Positions 51,432-60,180 are shown, numbered from the stretch's first letter. The stretch is 64,000 nt of DNA from Octopus vulgaris (GCA_951406725.2 OX597819.1:10044001-10108000), one strand, 5' to 3'. A program made the numbers and translations. Notes: a model not told the origin generated them from the sequence alone.

Positions 51432-54212
51432 TACATATATTTATTAGAAGGCGATGTAGTTAGTTTAAAATTAGTTAGAAATTGAAACAGGACTTTACAG
51501 AGAAGATTGTAAATTATCAATGGGTAAATATTAAATAACAAGGTTTCAAAGCTGAAAACAAGTTGCCAGGAAAACAAGCAATGGAATATCAAACAAAGGT
51601 AAATAGCAATGCAAGAAAGAAGAATTGATCAGCAAACATTGATCCATATTATTATTATAAATTTAGAAAAATAAAGACCTGGAATAAAATGAAACATTTG
51701 CAACTAATGCAGTTACGTTGAATATGACAGGCAATAAAATTATTATTTTTGTTGTTATTATTTTGTTTGATAATTCTTTACTTCAGGAAAAATGGTGCAA
51801 ATTGCAAACATTTTAGAGGCAAATAGAATATATATATATATATTCTATTTGCCTCATATATATTTCTGTATGAAAGACAGACAATAGACAATAGCATGAA
51901 CAACAAGAATTGGTGGCAGTTGCAACAGCTGTAAATAAATTGAGCTTGCTGGCTTTGGCCATGCAAGAATGGCAAAAGCCCAGAGTTAGCAAGAACATGC
52001 AGACCAAATTTATTCAATGCACCATCAATTCAAACTAAAACTGGATATAATCATGAAAATATACAAGGTCATCAATCAGTCTAACACAAATCAAGTGCTA
52101 TTGTAATATATGAAATCAATAATTTTAATCAGTAAGAACAACACAAACAGCAACTAGAATATGCAAGAACTTCATGCAAGTAACAAATATATAGATTAAC
52201 AGTTAGATTCACATCTAAACTGACTTTCAAAAGACTCAACAAATAGTGGTTCTACAGATAAAGGGAAGTGGGGTTCAATTATATGACTAAACATTTCAAT
52301 CAATCTAAATTTAGAGAATATGAGGCTGCACAAAAACAAAAAAAGTTTTCAATTCAGCTATAACAAGTTAAATATATATTAAAAAAATATGCAAAACCTA
52401 AACTGCATTAGAATACATTTTTCTAATAATAGTAAAAAAAAGAAAATTTTATTCAAAAATATTTTAATGCTTTGACATATAAGAAATAAGTGAAATATAA
52501 TTTGTATCATTGCATATGGTTGCTGACATTTTATTTTCGACAATGATGAAGTGTGTATGTGTCGGTGTGTGTGTATATATATATATATAGTTGATGAATT
52601 TTGTGTATCTTGCATTAACCTATGTAAAGTTTTATCTCCTTCATTCTTCATTTATTCTTTATTTCACCACCTGAACAATTATTAAATATCATCCATAGAT
52701 TATCTTAAAAGTAACTACAACTAAATCATGTGATAAGTTCACCTGAATGCCTTTCTCATAAATGAAACAGTTTTGACCACAAACACTGGACTTAAGATTC
52801 TGTAACAACAGTTTTCTCTTCAAATTAGTTTGTGGTAATGTGAACACTGTGTGTTTTTTTTTATAGCTTACAATGATAATTTTGATTTAAAAGTACATAT
52901 AGTTGAAGACAAGCTGTTTCTACATTGAACAAATTGAACAAAATAGGAAAATCACTCAGATTAAATAACTGACAAGATGATTCTTCACATTAGTAATGAA
53001 ATTATAGTAACAATGTTTGTGTTGTGTTCCCAAGTAAGGATACATAATTCTCTTCCAATTTGCATGACAAAAATGGATTCAGCACCTATTTCTTGCTTTA
53101 GTGATTAGTGGTAGGAAGGAGATCTAACTGTAAAAACAATTACTTCAAGAAGCCTATTTCACCAAGGAAATGATGTAAAATGGTAGGAGAAAAAAAAAAA
53201 AACTTATTTGGTTAATATTTTCGAGTGGAACTGAAATGTTTTTGCTAGGATTCAAGGATTTGCTTGGTAAGAAAAAAAAAAATATCTAGAAAAGACTATT
53301 TTTAGAGTTTCATTTAAATTTCTAATTGTTCAATAAATAAGAAAACATATGGAAGAGTTGCTTTCAAATTTTGTTTTACTTTGACTTATTTTTTTTTTGT
53401 TCATGTTAATTTACTTAATTATTTTTATTACACAAATTGAAGAATTTTTACATTTCAGCCATCAGATAAGTACACTCACTCTATAACATTTATACTAACA
53501 AAGAAGATATAGTTCTTACAAATACACATCACTACACATAAATGAAAATAGGTGAAGTTAAAACATCCACTAAGAAGAATATACCAGACTAGTTTTGTTC
53601 TCTATAGAATCTAACATTAATGAAATCAAACAATAGGGGGCAAGGCAAAATATTGAGACAAAAACAGATCATGCAAGGTGCAAGAATTCATTAACTTTTA
53701 GCCACATTTGAGAAGTTTTCACAGAAACTATTAGGAGACTAGATATTGGAATTGGACAGGTTACACCATTTCACAAGGCTGAATATTGCAAAGGGAACTA
53801 AGACGAAATATTTGATATTAGTTGATTGTTCACAAAAATTCTTAAGATTTTTTTTCTTTGTTATTGTGAGTTATGACTAATTCTTGAATATTTTCCCCTA
53901 TTTTAAAGCCTATTGCCTCATTTTATTGAACATGAAGAAAAATACTCTTAAATGGTTTAAATCATATTTTTTCTCTCAATATAATGAAAGGAATTTCTTA
54001 TTAAAACAAAGAATGAGAAAATAAACAATTTTTGTGTGCTACTTAATTCCATGGGATACATGTGAGCATATATATATATATATACATACACACACATACA
54101 TATTTCTACTTATATATGCTATCAAATGCAAAATTATATAATGTTCCAATTAATTTTGTACAATTCAGCAAACAAACCAATCATTTCAGATTTTGGAATG
54201 GAAGATGTTTTA

Positions 54213-54254
<42 letters not shown>

Positions 54255-54992
54255 TATACATACATACATATACACCATGGCAGAGGTTCTCAATTTGAAG
54301 AAAGCTGTGTTAACAGCTAAAACACACACATATTTTTGACAGAGATTCAGAATAAATATTCATTCCACTTCTACACAAATGAGTAAAAAAGCTATGTTAA
54401 TATTTAAAACACGCACACATACTCACAGATTGTATATAAAAAAAAATCCAACAACTTAATAAATATTTATTCCACTGTTCCACAAAAAAGTAAGAAAAAT
54501 GTTTAGATCTACCAATGGTACAGAAGAAAGAAACAAAAATGTGAGATTTGCTACAATATATATGGTAGCAAGGATTTGGTGGAAAGAGGAGTTATATAGA
54601 ACATGGGTCTGTTACAATCCTACTGTGCGCTGTCCTGGCACAAAAATCTTTCTCGCCCCTCCTCCTTTTCTCCTCGATTCCAGGTGACAATTTCAGAGAT
54701 TCTTCCAAGTGTCAATCTATTTATTGAAGTCAATTTTAAATACACCTCAGTCATTTTGGGATTGTGTGTGTGTGTATGTGTGTGTGTGTGTGTATATATG
54801 TGTGTGTGTGTGTAAGTACACGTTCTTTTGTTTTTGCCACCTTACCTTGACTGTACCATAATCGGCTATTTCTATCGGTTCAGGGACAGCAAGTGGAGCC
54901 TGGACACGGCTACTATTGGGCATGTTTCGGGTGTTGGTAATATTGCGAGTGATCACCTTTGCCACAGGTTCATACTGTCTCCTATTCAATGG
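6567..54992 (-). CDS. RhoGAPp190: p190RhoGAP-family gene (ARHGAP35/ARHGAP5-like), 5'-partial, 11 exons: 54846-54992, 48192-48300, 44122-44313, 28483-28650, 25278-25348, 22109-22246, 20799-20970, 19078-19155, 13861-13992, 8984-9089, 6567-6756
   Basis: All exons have GT/AG boundaries and compatible phases, summing to 1503 nt (500 aa plus TGA). RhoGAP motifs: [55 protein letters not shown]. Also p190-like [10 protein letters not shown] and EENLYETI motifs and a polybasic stretch before the GAP domain. Confidence 0.9.
6877..7267 (-). mobile_element. tRNA-derived SINE family A, full length
   Basis: tRNA-like head with A/B boxes at the right end; 16-bp TSD tacaaccaagtacaat (6861-6876, 7268-7283); near-identical inverted copy at 26505. 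Confidence 0.9.
7470..7830 (+). mobile_element. SINE-like family C with internal ~58-bp tandem units and a (GAT)n tail
   Basis: Homologous copies at 20028, 37894, 39635, 41037, 49622 and 56797. Confidence 0.85.
7960..8160 (-). mobile_element. SINE family D (Deu/Nin-like core gcctttcatcctttcggggtcgataaa)
   Basis: Homologous copies at 8653, 34553, 37185, 59340 and 62742. Confidence 0.75.
8192..8400. mobile_element. Fragment of interspersed repeat family E
   Basis: Homologous to 36940-37152. Confidence 0.7.
8653..8876 (+). mobile_element. SINE family D, diverged
   Basis: ggtggtgagctggcagaa...gttctgagttcaaattc head. Confidence 0.7.
8984..9089 (-). CDS. RhoGAPp190: p190RhoGAP exon ([34 protein letters not shown])
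   Basis: TAG acceptor, GTAAGT donor, phase 1 to 2; RhoGAP LPxxNxxVL motif. Confidence 0.95.
9740..9899 (-). mobile_element. SINE family B head, diverged
   Basis: Homologous to the other family B copies. Confidence 0.7.
10310..10636 (-). mobile_element. tRNA-derived SINE family B (internal deletion)
   Basis: Head ggcgcaggagtggctgtgtgg (A box) and ggttcagtccc (B box); about 17 copies or fragments in the window. Confidence 0.9.
11177..11556 (-). mobile_element. SINE family B
   Basis: Full-length homology to the other copies. Confidence 0.9.
13861..13992 (-). CDS. RhoGAPp190: p190RhoGAP exon ([44 protein letters not shown])
   Basis: CAG acceptor, GTGAGT donor, phase 1 to 1; RhoGAP VAxxLKxFF motif. 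Confidence 0.95.
15186..15510. repeat. Diverged local duplication (~190-bp offset)
   Basis: cctgttctatgtgacacattc...agaagtttgaaagtgtttagttaaaa occurs twice. Confidence 0.8.
15540..15923 (-). mobile_element. Non-autonomous Helitron
   Basis: On the minus strand: 5'-TC start, 3'-CTAG end preceded by a GC hairpin (cctgagcaacgccggg), inserted between A and T, no TSD. Confidence 0.7.
16360..16915 (-). mobile_element. CR1/L2-group LINE ORF2 3' end and 3' UTR
   Basis: [27 protein letters not shown]...[16 protein letters not shown]; the same 3' tail recurs at 57205-57272. Confidence 0.85.
18301..18392 (+). ncRNA. Minimal Type I hammerhead-like motif (Penelope-type), degenerate
   Basis: aac-CTGAAGA (18304-18310), long AT-rich stem II, GAAA (18378-18381), near-palindromic stem III atgtacgt, GUA triplet, then gtt. 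Confidence 0.45.
18803..19018. mobile_element. Fold-back pair of family C SINE ends
   Basis: Two ~95-bp imperfect inverted arms with a ~20-nt spacer. Confidence 0.8.
19078..19155 (-). CDS. RhoGAPp190: p190RhoGAP arginine-finger exon ([26 protein letters not shown])
   Basis: TTTCAAG acceptor, GTATT donor; catalytic Arg codon at 19130-19132. Confidence 0.95.
19520..19735 (-). mobile_element. SINE family B (head half)
   Basis: Homology to family B copies. Confidence 0.88.
20028..20428 (-). mobile_element. SINE-like family C
   Basis: Reverse complement of the 7470-7830 element. Confidence 0.88.
20522..20694. mobile_element. piggyBac-type MITE
   Basis: TTAA on both sides (20518-20521, 20695-20698); TIR ccccttaccc/gggtaagggg. 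Confidence 0.8.
20799..20970 (-). CDS. RhoGAPp190: p190RhoGAP exon: polybasic region and start of the GAP domain ([17 protein letters not shown]...[15 protein letters not shown])
   Basis: CAG acceptor after a T-tract, GT donor, phase 0 to 1. Confidence 0.93.
21315..21512 (+). mobile_element. SINE family B (head half)
   Basis: Homology to family B copies. Confidence 0.88.
22109..22246 (-). CDS. RhoGAPp190: p190RhoGAP exon ([46 protein letters not shown])
   Basis: TTTTCCTAG acceptor, GT donor, phase 0 to 0, open frame. Confidence 0.88.
22680..23380 (-). mobile_element. Degraded RTE-clade LINE reverse transcriptase fragment
   Basis: [40 protein letters not shown] matches the LLFADD..L...LQ region, with frameshifts. 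Confidence 0.7.
23698..24106 (-). mobile_element. SINE family B
   Basis: Full-length homology. Confidence 0.9.
24546..24956 (+). mobile_element. Retrozyme-like element: 360-nt monomer plus 46-nt terminal redundancy, with TSD
   Basis: Exact direct repeat 24551-24596 / 24911-24956; flanking duplication tatactaaaa (24536-24545, 24954-24963); internal hammerhead; many hairpins; homologous to 1-530. Confidence 0.75.
24727..24796 (+). ncRNA. Type I hammerhead ribozyme (U4C core variant)
   Basis: Stem I tctagg (24741-24746) / cctgga (24780-24785), extended by ctgc/gcag. Core CCGACGA 24747-24753, stem II agga-caatca-tcct, GAAA 24768-24771, palindromic stem III acacgtgt, GUC cleavage after 24779. 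Confidence 0.75.
25278..25348 (-). CDS. RhoGAPp190: p190RhoGAP exon ([23 protein letters not shown])
   Basis: TTTTACAG acceptor, AAG|GTAAA donor, phase 1 to 0; resembles the p190A EENIY (Y1105) motif. Confidence 0.88.
25743..25962. mobile_element. Diverged copy of the piggyBac-type MITE at 36107
   Basis: Shares cacacctaccctacaa.gtcattctaaaaa and gacagagtaatct. Confidence 0.7.
26505..26891 (+). mobile_element. tRNA-derived SINE family A, full length
   Basis: A/B boxes; 14-bp TSD actagggaacagaa (26491-26504, 26892-26905). Confidence 0.9.
28483..28650 (-). CDS. RhoGAPp190: p190RhoGAP exon, symmetric 168 nt ([38 protein letters not shown]...GSPP)
   Basis: Polypyrimidine tract plus CAG acceptor, GTAAGT donor, phase 1 to 1, open frame. 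Confidence 0.8.
29153..29203 (-). CDS. Candidate 51-nt in-frame cassette exon ([17 protein letters not shown])
   Basis: Pyrimidine-rich ...TACAG acceptor and CAG|GTAATT donor; open and frame-preserving in a phase-1 intron. No expression evidence. Confidence 0.35.
30085..30350 (+). mobile_element. CR1-group LINE 3' end fragment
   Basis: [16 protein letters not shown]...SPNKNSLLE; contains a 43-bp internal tandem duplication. Confidence 0.7.
30833..30974 (-). mobile_element. SINE family B head
   Basis: Homology to family B copies. Confidence 0.8.
31535..31975 (-). mobile_element. RTE-clade LINE 3' fragment
   Basis: [25 protein letters not shown]...KRVQFAGHC; (GAT)n-like tail. Confidence 0.85.
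32419..32804 (-). mobile_element. SINE family B flanked by an 87-bp direct duplication
   Basis: 32332-32418 matches 32805-32891 with one mismatch. Confidence 0.9.
33085..33450. repeat. CT-rich low-complexity tract
   Basis: Read directly from the sequence. Confidence 0.85.
33619..34200 (+). pseudogene. Disrupted ORF with a degenerate CCCH zinc finger, probably a LINE ORF1 remnant
   Basis: The 169-aa ORF ends TSKFYLQGK*; a frameshifted continuation reads [10 protein letters not shown]. Confidence 0.45.
34553..34777 (-). mobile_element. SINE family D
   Basis: Homology to family D copies. Confidence 0.85.
35045..35240 (-). mobile_element. RTE LINE extreme 3' fragment
   Basis: [25 protein letters not shown]...EAAQDR; (ATAG)n tail. 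Confidence 0.8.
35300..35680 (-). mobile_element. SINE family B
   Basis: Homology to family B copies. Confidence 0.9.
36107..36326. mobile_element. piggyBac-type MITE
   Basis: TTAA-CCCT...AGGG-TTAA; related copy at 25743. Confidence 0.75.
36597..37152. mobile_element. Interspersed repeat family E embedded in (AAT)n
   Basis: Partial copy at 8192-8400. Confidence 0.7.
37185..37398 (-). mobile_element. SINE family D, diverged
   Basis: Homology to family D copies. Confidence 0.75.
37724..38640 (+). mobile_element. Tc1/mariner deletion derivative with long imperfect TIRs; family C SINE nested at 37894-38235
   Basis: TIRs tgagggaaagtcaaaaattatctgcact / agtgcggataatttttgctttcccctca in a TA context; residual transposase [35 protein letters not shown]. 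Confidence 0.85.
38652..39055 (-). mobile_element. SINE family B
   Basis: Homology to family B copies. Confidence 0.9.
39150..39630 (-). mobile_element. Highly degraded RTE-like LINE fragment
   Basis: Residual KVY...LYTHET...LDDFH.RHLRK pattern; weak. Confidence 0.4.
39635..40108 (-). mobile_element. SINE-like family C with 4-5 internal tandem units
   Basis: Homology to family C copies. Confidence 0.88.
40551..40763. mobile_element. Inverted pair of family B SINE heads
   Basis: 40551-40620 (+) and 40680-40763 (-) are reverse complements. Confidence 0.85.
41037..41245 (-). mobile_element. SINE-like family C (3' part)
   Basis: Homology and (CAT)n tail. Confidence 0.85.
41597..41910 (-). mobile_element. 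SINE family B, head-truncated
   Basis: Homology to family B copies. Confidence 0.85.
44122..44313 (-). CDS. RhoGAPp190: p190RhoGAP exon, symmetric 192 nt ([63 protein letters not shown])
   Basis: TAG acceptor, GAG|GTGAGT donor, phase 1 to 1, open frame. Confidence 0.85.
45788..46050. repeat. 87-bp tandem repeat, 3 copies
   Basis: Units start at 45788, 45875 and 45962 and are near-identical. Confidence 0.95.
47025..47283. repeat. 259-bp spacerless palindrome
   Basis: Centre gcgttt|aaacgc at 47154/47155; arms differ by one substitution and a 1-nt indel. Confidence 0.95.
48192..48300 (-). CDS. RhoGAPp190: p190RhoGAP exon ([36 protein letters not shown])
   Basis: TTTTAG acceptor, AAG|GTAAA donor, phase 0 to 1; resembles p190A SDYAEPMDAV (Y1087). 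Confidence 0.87.
48904..49335 (+). mobile_element. SINE family B
   Basis: Full-length homology. Confidence 0.9.
49622..49805 (-). mobile_element. SINE-like family C (3' part)
   Basis: Homology to family C copies. Confidence 0.85.
49944..50186. mobile_element. Unclassified ~240-bp repeat family F
   Basis: Homologous to 56035-56154 plus 56548-56677. Confidence 0.7.
51816..51855. repeat. 40-bp perfect palindrome centred on (TA)n
   Basis: gaggcaaatagaa(ta)nttctatttgcctc. Confidence 0.95.
54846..54992 (-). CDS. RhoGAPp190: p190RhoGAP exon ([49 protein letters not shown])
   Basis: TTCAG acceptor, AAG|GTAAG donor, phase 0 to 0, open frame. Confidence 0.85.
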
Positions 54993-55429
54993 CTGAAGTT
55001 AACAAAACAGGAAGAAGACAATAAACCAATGCAGTTTGGTGTTAGAGAGGACGTGGAACTACTTACATCACATGTTAATATTGTTAATGGACATTCACAA
55101 CACACATCCACTAGAAGTTGTAAGAGGAGAACCAACAAGTTGAGCTTGCTAAACGGCAGGAAGAGGCCAGGGCAGGTGGCTAGAGAAACTAGAGGTTCCT
55201 TTGGTCAGTTATAAAAGGAGGAGACAGCATGCAACTAAACACCTTCTCTCGTGTCCACACTGTAACAATGAAGTTCTTTCATCAGTTTGGATGGTCACTG
55301 CAGAAACAACCAGGTTTCCTCCTATAGCTTATTTATTGCAACTAGTGTTCTGGATCAGAAGATAAATGAATTTGTGTGGATGTAGGGAGTGTGTGTGTGT
55401 GCGTGTGTGAAAATGTGAGGTACAAGTGA

Positions 55430-55810
55430 AGGAGGAAGATGATAGGAAGTAGAGTAGGAGATAGTGAGATTAAACTAGAGTGGAAATAATAAGGAAAGAG
55501 AACAGGGGGGGGATAGTGAAAGTGAAAGTAAGAGACGAGAAAGAGAAGCAGAACAAAGTAAAAAGTAACACACACACATACACAGATTAAGGTCACAGAG
55601 TAGGAATTAGAGGGTGGTAAGAAAGGTAAAGAGAGATATGAGAGAAGAGAGAGTAAGCATCAGAATAAAAGAGAAGGAAAGACAGTGGGGTGGGGCAGAG
55701 AAGGATAAAGAAGTAGCAAATGGATGACAGAAAAAGGGATATGCGAAGAAAAGCTGAAAGGATAGAGATGAAAGAAAGAGACAAAGAGAGAAGGCAAAAA
55801 CAAAAGGGAG
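55430..55810. repeat. GA-rich low-complexity tract (polypyrimidine on the transcribed strand)
   Basis: Read directly from the sequence. Confidence 0.8.
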
Positions 55811-56034
55811 GAATTGTGTATATGTGAAATAATAAAAAAAAAAAGTAGGAAAGATTATGAGCCTTTGAAATTCCTCAGGGCTGTGATTATGTGTGTAGTG
55901 AGTGTATGCCTTTCCAAGGTAAGTATATACGGAATCAGGTTTTCAATGAGCCAATCACCAGTTCACTGCATTTCTTATAGTTAGTGTCAAGGGAGTGTGT
56001 AATTTGAGACTAAACAAATATCTCAAGGGACATG

Positions 56035-56677
56035 GATTTAATAAAGTGTCTGATTCTAAATTTCAAAAATATTACAGAATACAGCAGACACTCGAAGAAG
56101 TGCTGGAAAATAGAATGGCCAAAACTAAGATGAGGATACTAGTTTGAATATTCTACTCTCTTTTACTTGTTTCAGTCATTTGACTGCGGCCATGCTGGAG
56201 CACCGCCTTTAGTCAAGCAAATCGACCCCGGGACTTATTCTTTGTAAGCCCAGTACTTATTCTATCGGTCTCTTTTGCCGAACCGCTAGGTGACGGGGAC
56301 GTAAACACACCAGCATCGGTTGTCAAGCAGTGCTAGGGGGACAAACACAGACACACAAACATATATATATATATACATATATACGACAGGCTTCTTTCAG
56401 TCTCCATCTACCAAATCCACTGACAAGGCTTTGGTTGGCCCGAGGCTATAGCGGAAGACACTTGCCCAAGATGCTACGCAGTGGGACTGAACCCGGAACC
56501 ATGTGGTTGGTAAGCAAGCTACTTACCACACAGCCACTCCTGCGCCTACTAGTGTATAATGATAATTCTTCATCTCATAAATTCAAACAAAACTGAACAT
56601 TCACTTTTTTGCCAATCAGACTATCATCAGATTTCTTGGGTTAGTGTCTTACTTATATTGAAAAATCGATAAAGACT
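56035..56677. mobile_element. Repeat family F with a 24-bp TSD and a nested family B SINE (56155-56547, minus)
   Basis: taaacaaatatctcaagggacatg at 56011-56034 and 56678-56701. Confidence 0.75.
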
Positions 56678-56796
56678 TAAACAAATATCTCAAGGGACAT
56701 GTATACACCAAATGACATGTAAGCACATCATACACACATACATATAATTGTTTGCTTTGTGGAGATCTATCCATCCATATTGTTTTAACATACAAT

Positions 56797-57117
56797 CGAA
56801 TTGAACCAGCCAGGACCCCTGGTCTGGTGGTACGTAAAAAGCACTATCCGACTCGTGGCTGATGCCAGCGCCGCCGGTGGCACGTAAAATACACCAATCC
56901 GACCGTGGCCGTTGCCAGCCTCGCCTGGCACCTGTGCATGTGGCACGTAAAAAGCACCCACTACACTCACGGAATGGTTGGCGTTAGGAAGGGCATCCAG
57001 CTGTAGAAACATTGCCAGATAAGACTGGAGCCTGGTGCAGCCTTCTGGCTTCCCAGATCCCCGGTTGAACCGTCCAACCCATGCTAGCATGGAGAATGGA
57101 CGTTAAACGATGATGAT
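56797..57117 (+). mobile_element. SINE-like family C
   Basis: Homology and (GAT)n tail. Confidence 0.88.
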
Positions 57118-57530
57118 ACAGTTTCCATTCATAAACAACTGACTACAATTTTAGCTCTTTCCAACAGCACTGAGTAGCATTTATGAATTAAAAAAAATTT
57201 TTTTTTATCTAGTTTCAGCTCACAAGCTGTGGCCATGCTGGGGCACTGCCATTTGGTGTTGCTACATGATTTTACTTCACGAATGCTTTTTAGCAATTGC
57301 CAAATGTCTACTTTTTTTTTATCCATGCCGTAGCACACCTTTGTCTCACCCACTGATAACAGATGTAGCAGTAACCACTGCAATCATACTATAACTACTT
57401 TGTTTTATTATTTCAGTCTTTCTCTCATACACCTGCCATATTCCATGATAAAGTATATTCTATATTGCACTGCAATTCATGGATGCTCCGCTGGATAGCA
57501 TTGGGCTTTGTAAATTCAATTCTATTATAG

Positions 57531-59004
57531 ATTTAGTGTCAAACATAAATCACACCTCCAATGGAAGGCCCACACACTATCATCTATGCACTTGACATGA
57601 ATCTGGAAGTCCTTCATATTTCAGGTCCTTCCCAAGACACTGTCAACTCAAAAGTCAAGACTTTTCTTGTTGAAGTCGTATGGTCCAGGCATTGTTTCAT
57701 TATTGCAGTATGGCTTGGAGACAGAAGCAAATTCCCGAAATCCATCTAGTGATAAACAATATTCAAAAGCCTTGTTGGCTGTTTTGTTTTATGGCCTTCA
57801 CTTACTTTCTTGCCTGCTTTGTGGAAAACACAGGTGTGTGTGTATTTTATACATACACACACACACATATCTGTGTGTGTGTGTGTGTGTGTATATATAT
57901 ACACACACTCTAATGATATTAATTTAACTGGGACCTGTGGTTTCACCCTTAATAATGTATAGAATTTTGGCTGTTTTCCAACAAACTGATTAACAATACC
58001 AAATAATAGGCGCAGGAGTGGCTGTGTGGTAAGTAGCTTGTTTACCAACTACATGGTTCTGGGTTCAGTCCCACTGCGTGGCACCTTGGGCAAGTGTCTT
58101 CTACTATAGCCTCAGGCCAACCAAAGCCTTGTGAGTGGATTTGGTAGACGGAAACTAAAAGAAGCCCATCGTACATATGTATATATATATATGTGTGTGT
58201 GTGTGCGTGTATGTTTGTGTGTCTGTGTTTGTCCCCCTAGCATTGCTTGACAACCGATGCTGGTGTGTTTACGTCCCCGTCACTTAGCGGTTCGGCAAAA
58301 GAGTCCGATAGAATAAGTACTGGGCTTACAAAAGAATAAGTCCCGGGGTCGAGTTGCTCAATTAAAGGCGGTGCTCCAGCATGGCCGCAGTCAAATGACT
58401 GAAACAAGTAAAAGAGTAAAGAGTAAAGAGTAATGCATACTCTGAAACACCAATTTTCCAGCAACTGATTTGGCATTGGGTTTACCATTTATTAACATAT
58501 ATTATTTACACTGCATTTGTTAGTGGCAATACCAAAATTTGGCGAGATCCTCTGCTTATTTAGTAATCCTTAGTTATCCTACTCCAAGGTAAGATAAGCA
58601 TTACTGTCAAACATAAACACCAACCTATATCAACTCCAAATAAAGTACAACTGTTGGAAAAAGTAGGCTGTAGTTTGCCAATATGTAAGCTGTGATACAA
58701 TGGCATTGGTACCTCTACTGCTTATGTTATGAAGAAGCAAAGAGGCTAAAAATACACACACATTTAGTGTCAAACATAAATCACACCCCCAATGGAAGGC
58801 CCACACACTATCATCTATGCACTTGACATGAATCTGGAAGTCCTTCATATTTTAGGTCCTTCCCAAGACACTATCAACTCAAAAGTCAAGACTTTTCTTG
58901 TTGAAGTCGTATGGTTCAGGCATTGTTTCATTATTGCAGTATGGCTTGGAGACAGAAGCAAATTCCCGAAATCCATCTAGTGATTAACAATATTCAAAAG
59001 CCTT
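57531..59004 (-). repeat. 243-bp direct duplication (57531-57773, 58762-59004) of a degraded RLE-type non-LTR retrotransposon fragment
   Basis: Five differences between the copies; the minus strand reads TSTRKVLTFELTVSWE (ELTVPWE-like endonuclease motif). Confidence 0.65.
58008..58431 (+). mobile_element. SINE family B
   Basis: Full-length homology. Confidence 0.9.
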
Positions 59005-59339
59005 ATAAGGGATATTAATCCAGGTGAACTACTTCTTAAGCTTTCTACAGATAACAATATGCCAGGCAAACAAACAAGTCTTGTGATCGGTATTCTACTC
59101 CAGGCAATCTGAAGTCAAAAGCCGAAGTCAAAGTTGTAAATCCATGGTTGCATTACCCAGTTAAGATGGTATGTTTCTACAGAGTGATACATAAAATAGA
59201 TACAAAGTAATAGGTTTATATACATCTATTTATTTAAGCTTACAGCTATTTCAGATATGCATTTGGGTTCATTTGATCAATCAACCAATTTATCGACTGA
59301 AAATATAAAGAACCTATTTAAAAAAATTTTTTTTTTTTA

Positions 59340-59558
59340 TTACCCACCAAGGGCTACACATAGAGGGGACAAACAAGGACAGACAAACGGATTAAGTCGA
59401 CGATATCGACCCCCAGTGCGTAACTGGTACTTATTTAATCGACCCCGAAAGGATGAAAGGCAAAGTTGACCTCGGCGGAATTTGAACTCAAAACGTAGCA
59501 GCAAATGAAATACAGATATGCATTTCGCCCGATGTGCTAACGTTTCTGCCAGCTTGCC
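59340..59558 (-). mobile_element. SINE family D
   Basis: Homology to family D copies. Confidence 0.85.
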
Positions 59559-60180
59559 CTCATAATATCTTCCTCAGGGCCAAAACATATCAATTGCCAA
59601 AGAAACAGAAGAAAAGAAAGAGGATGGAATTTGGTCAGTGTAATGGGTTATAATCACATATATTTAACTAAGTAACCATATTCATCTAGCATCCAATGTT
59701 AAGCAAAGGGACGAAAAATACTTCTACCACACAACTAAACAGAGGTTTGTTTTTAGTGTTTTCCTTACCACAAGTAGTTTTACTGTGCACCGAGGCACAA
59801 ATTTGGATACATCTCTACACAGCACAAAATACACATATTTTGAAGTTTTCTTATAAGTGTTTTCCACCCCCTAGGCAAAAGAACCCATGAAATGAGTTAT
59901 TCTGCACTTGATGATGCCAGAAAATTATCTCCTCACTAACATGTGCATGCGCGTGCACGCACACACATACACGAGAAAGGCATATATATGCACATACATA
60001 CATACATACACATGATGAGGAAGCTCAAAGAAGACATGAGAAAAGTTTTGTTGGCTGATCTCAGGAAGGGGAACCCTATGAAGGAGACGACAAAAGAAAG
60101 TAACAAGCGGAGAAATGAAACAGATGGTGGAAAAAATATGATGTATTATATAAATATATGTGTGTGTGTGTGTGTATCAT

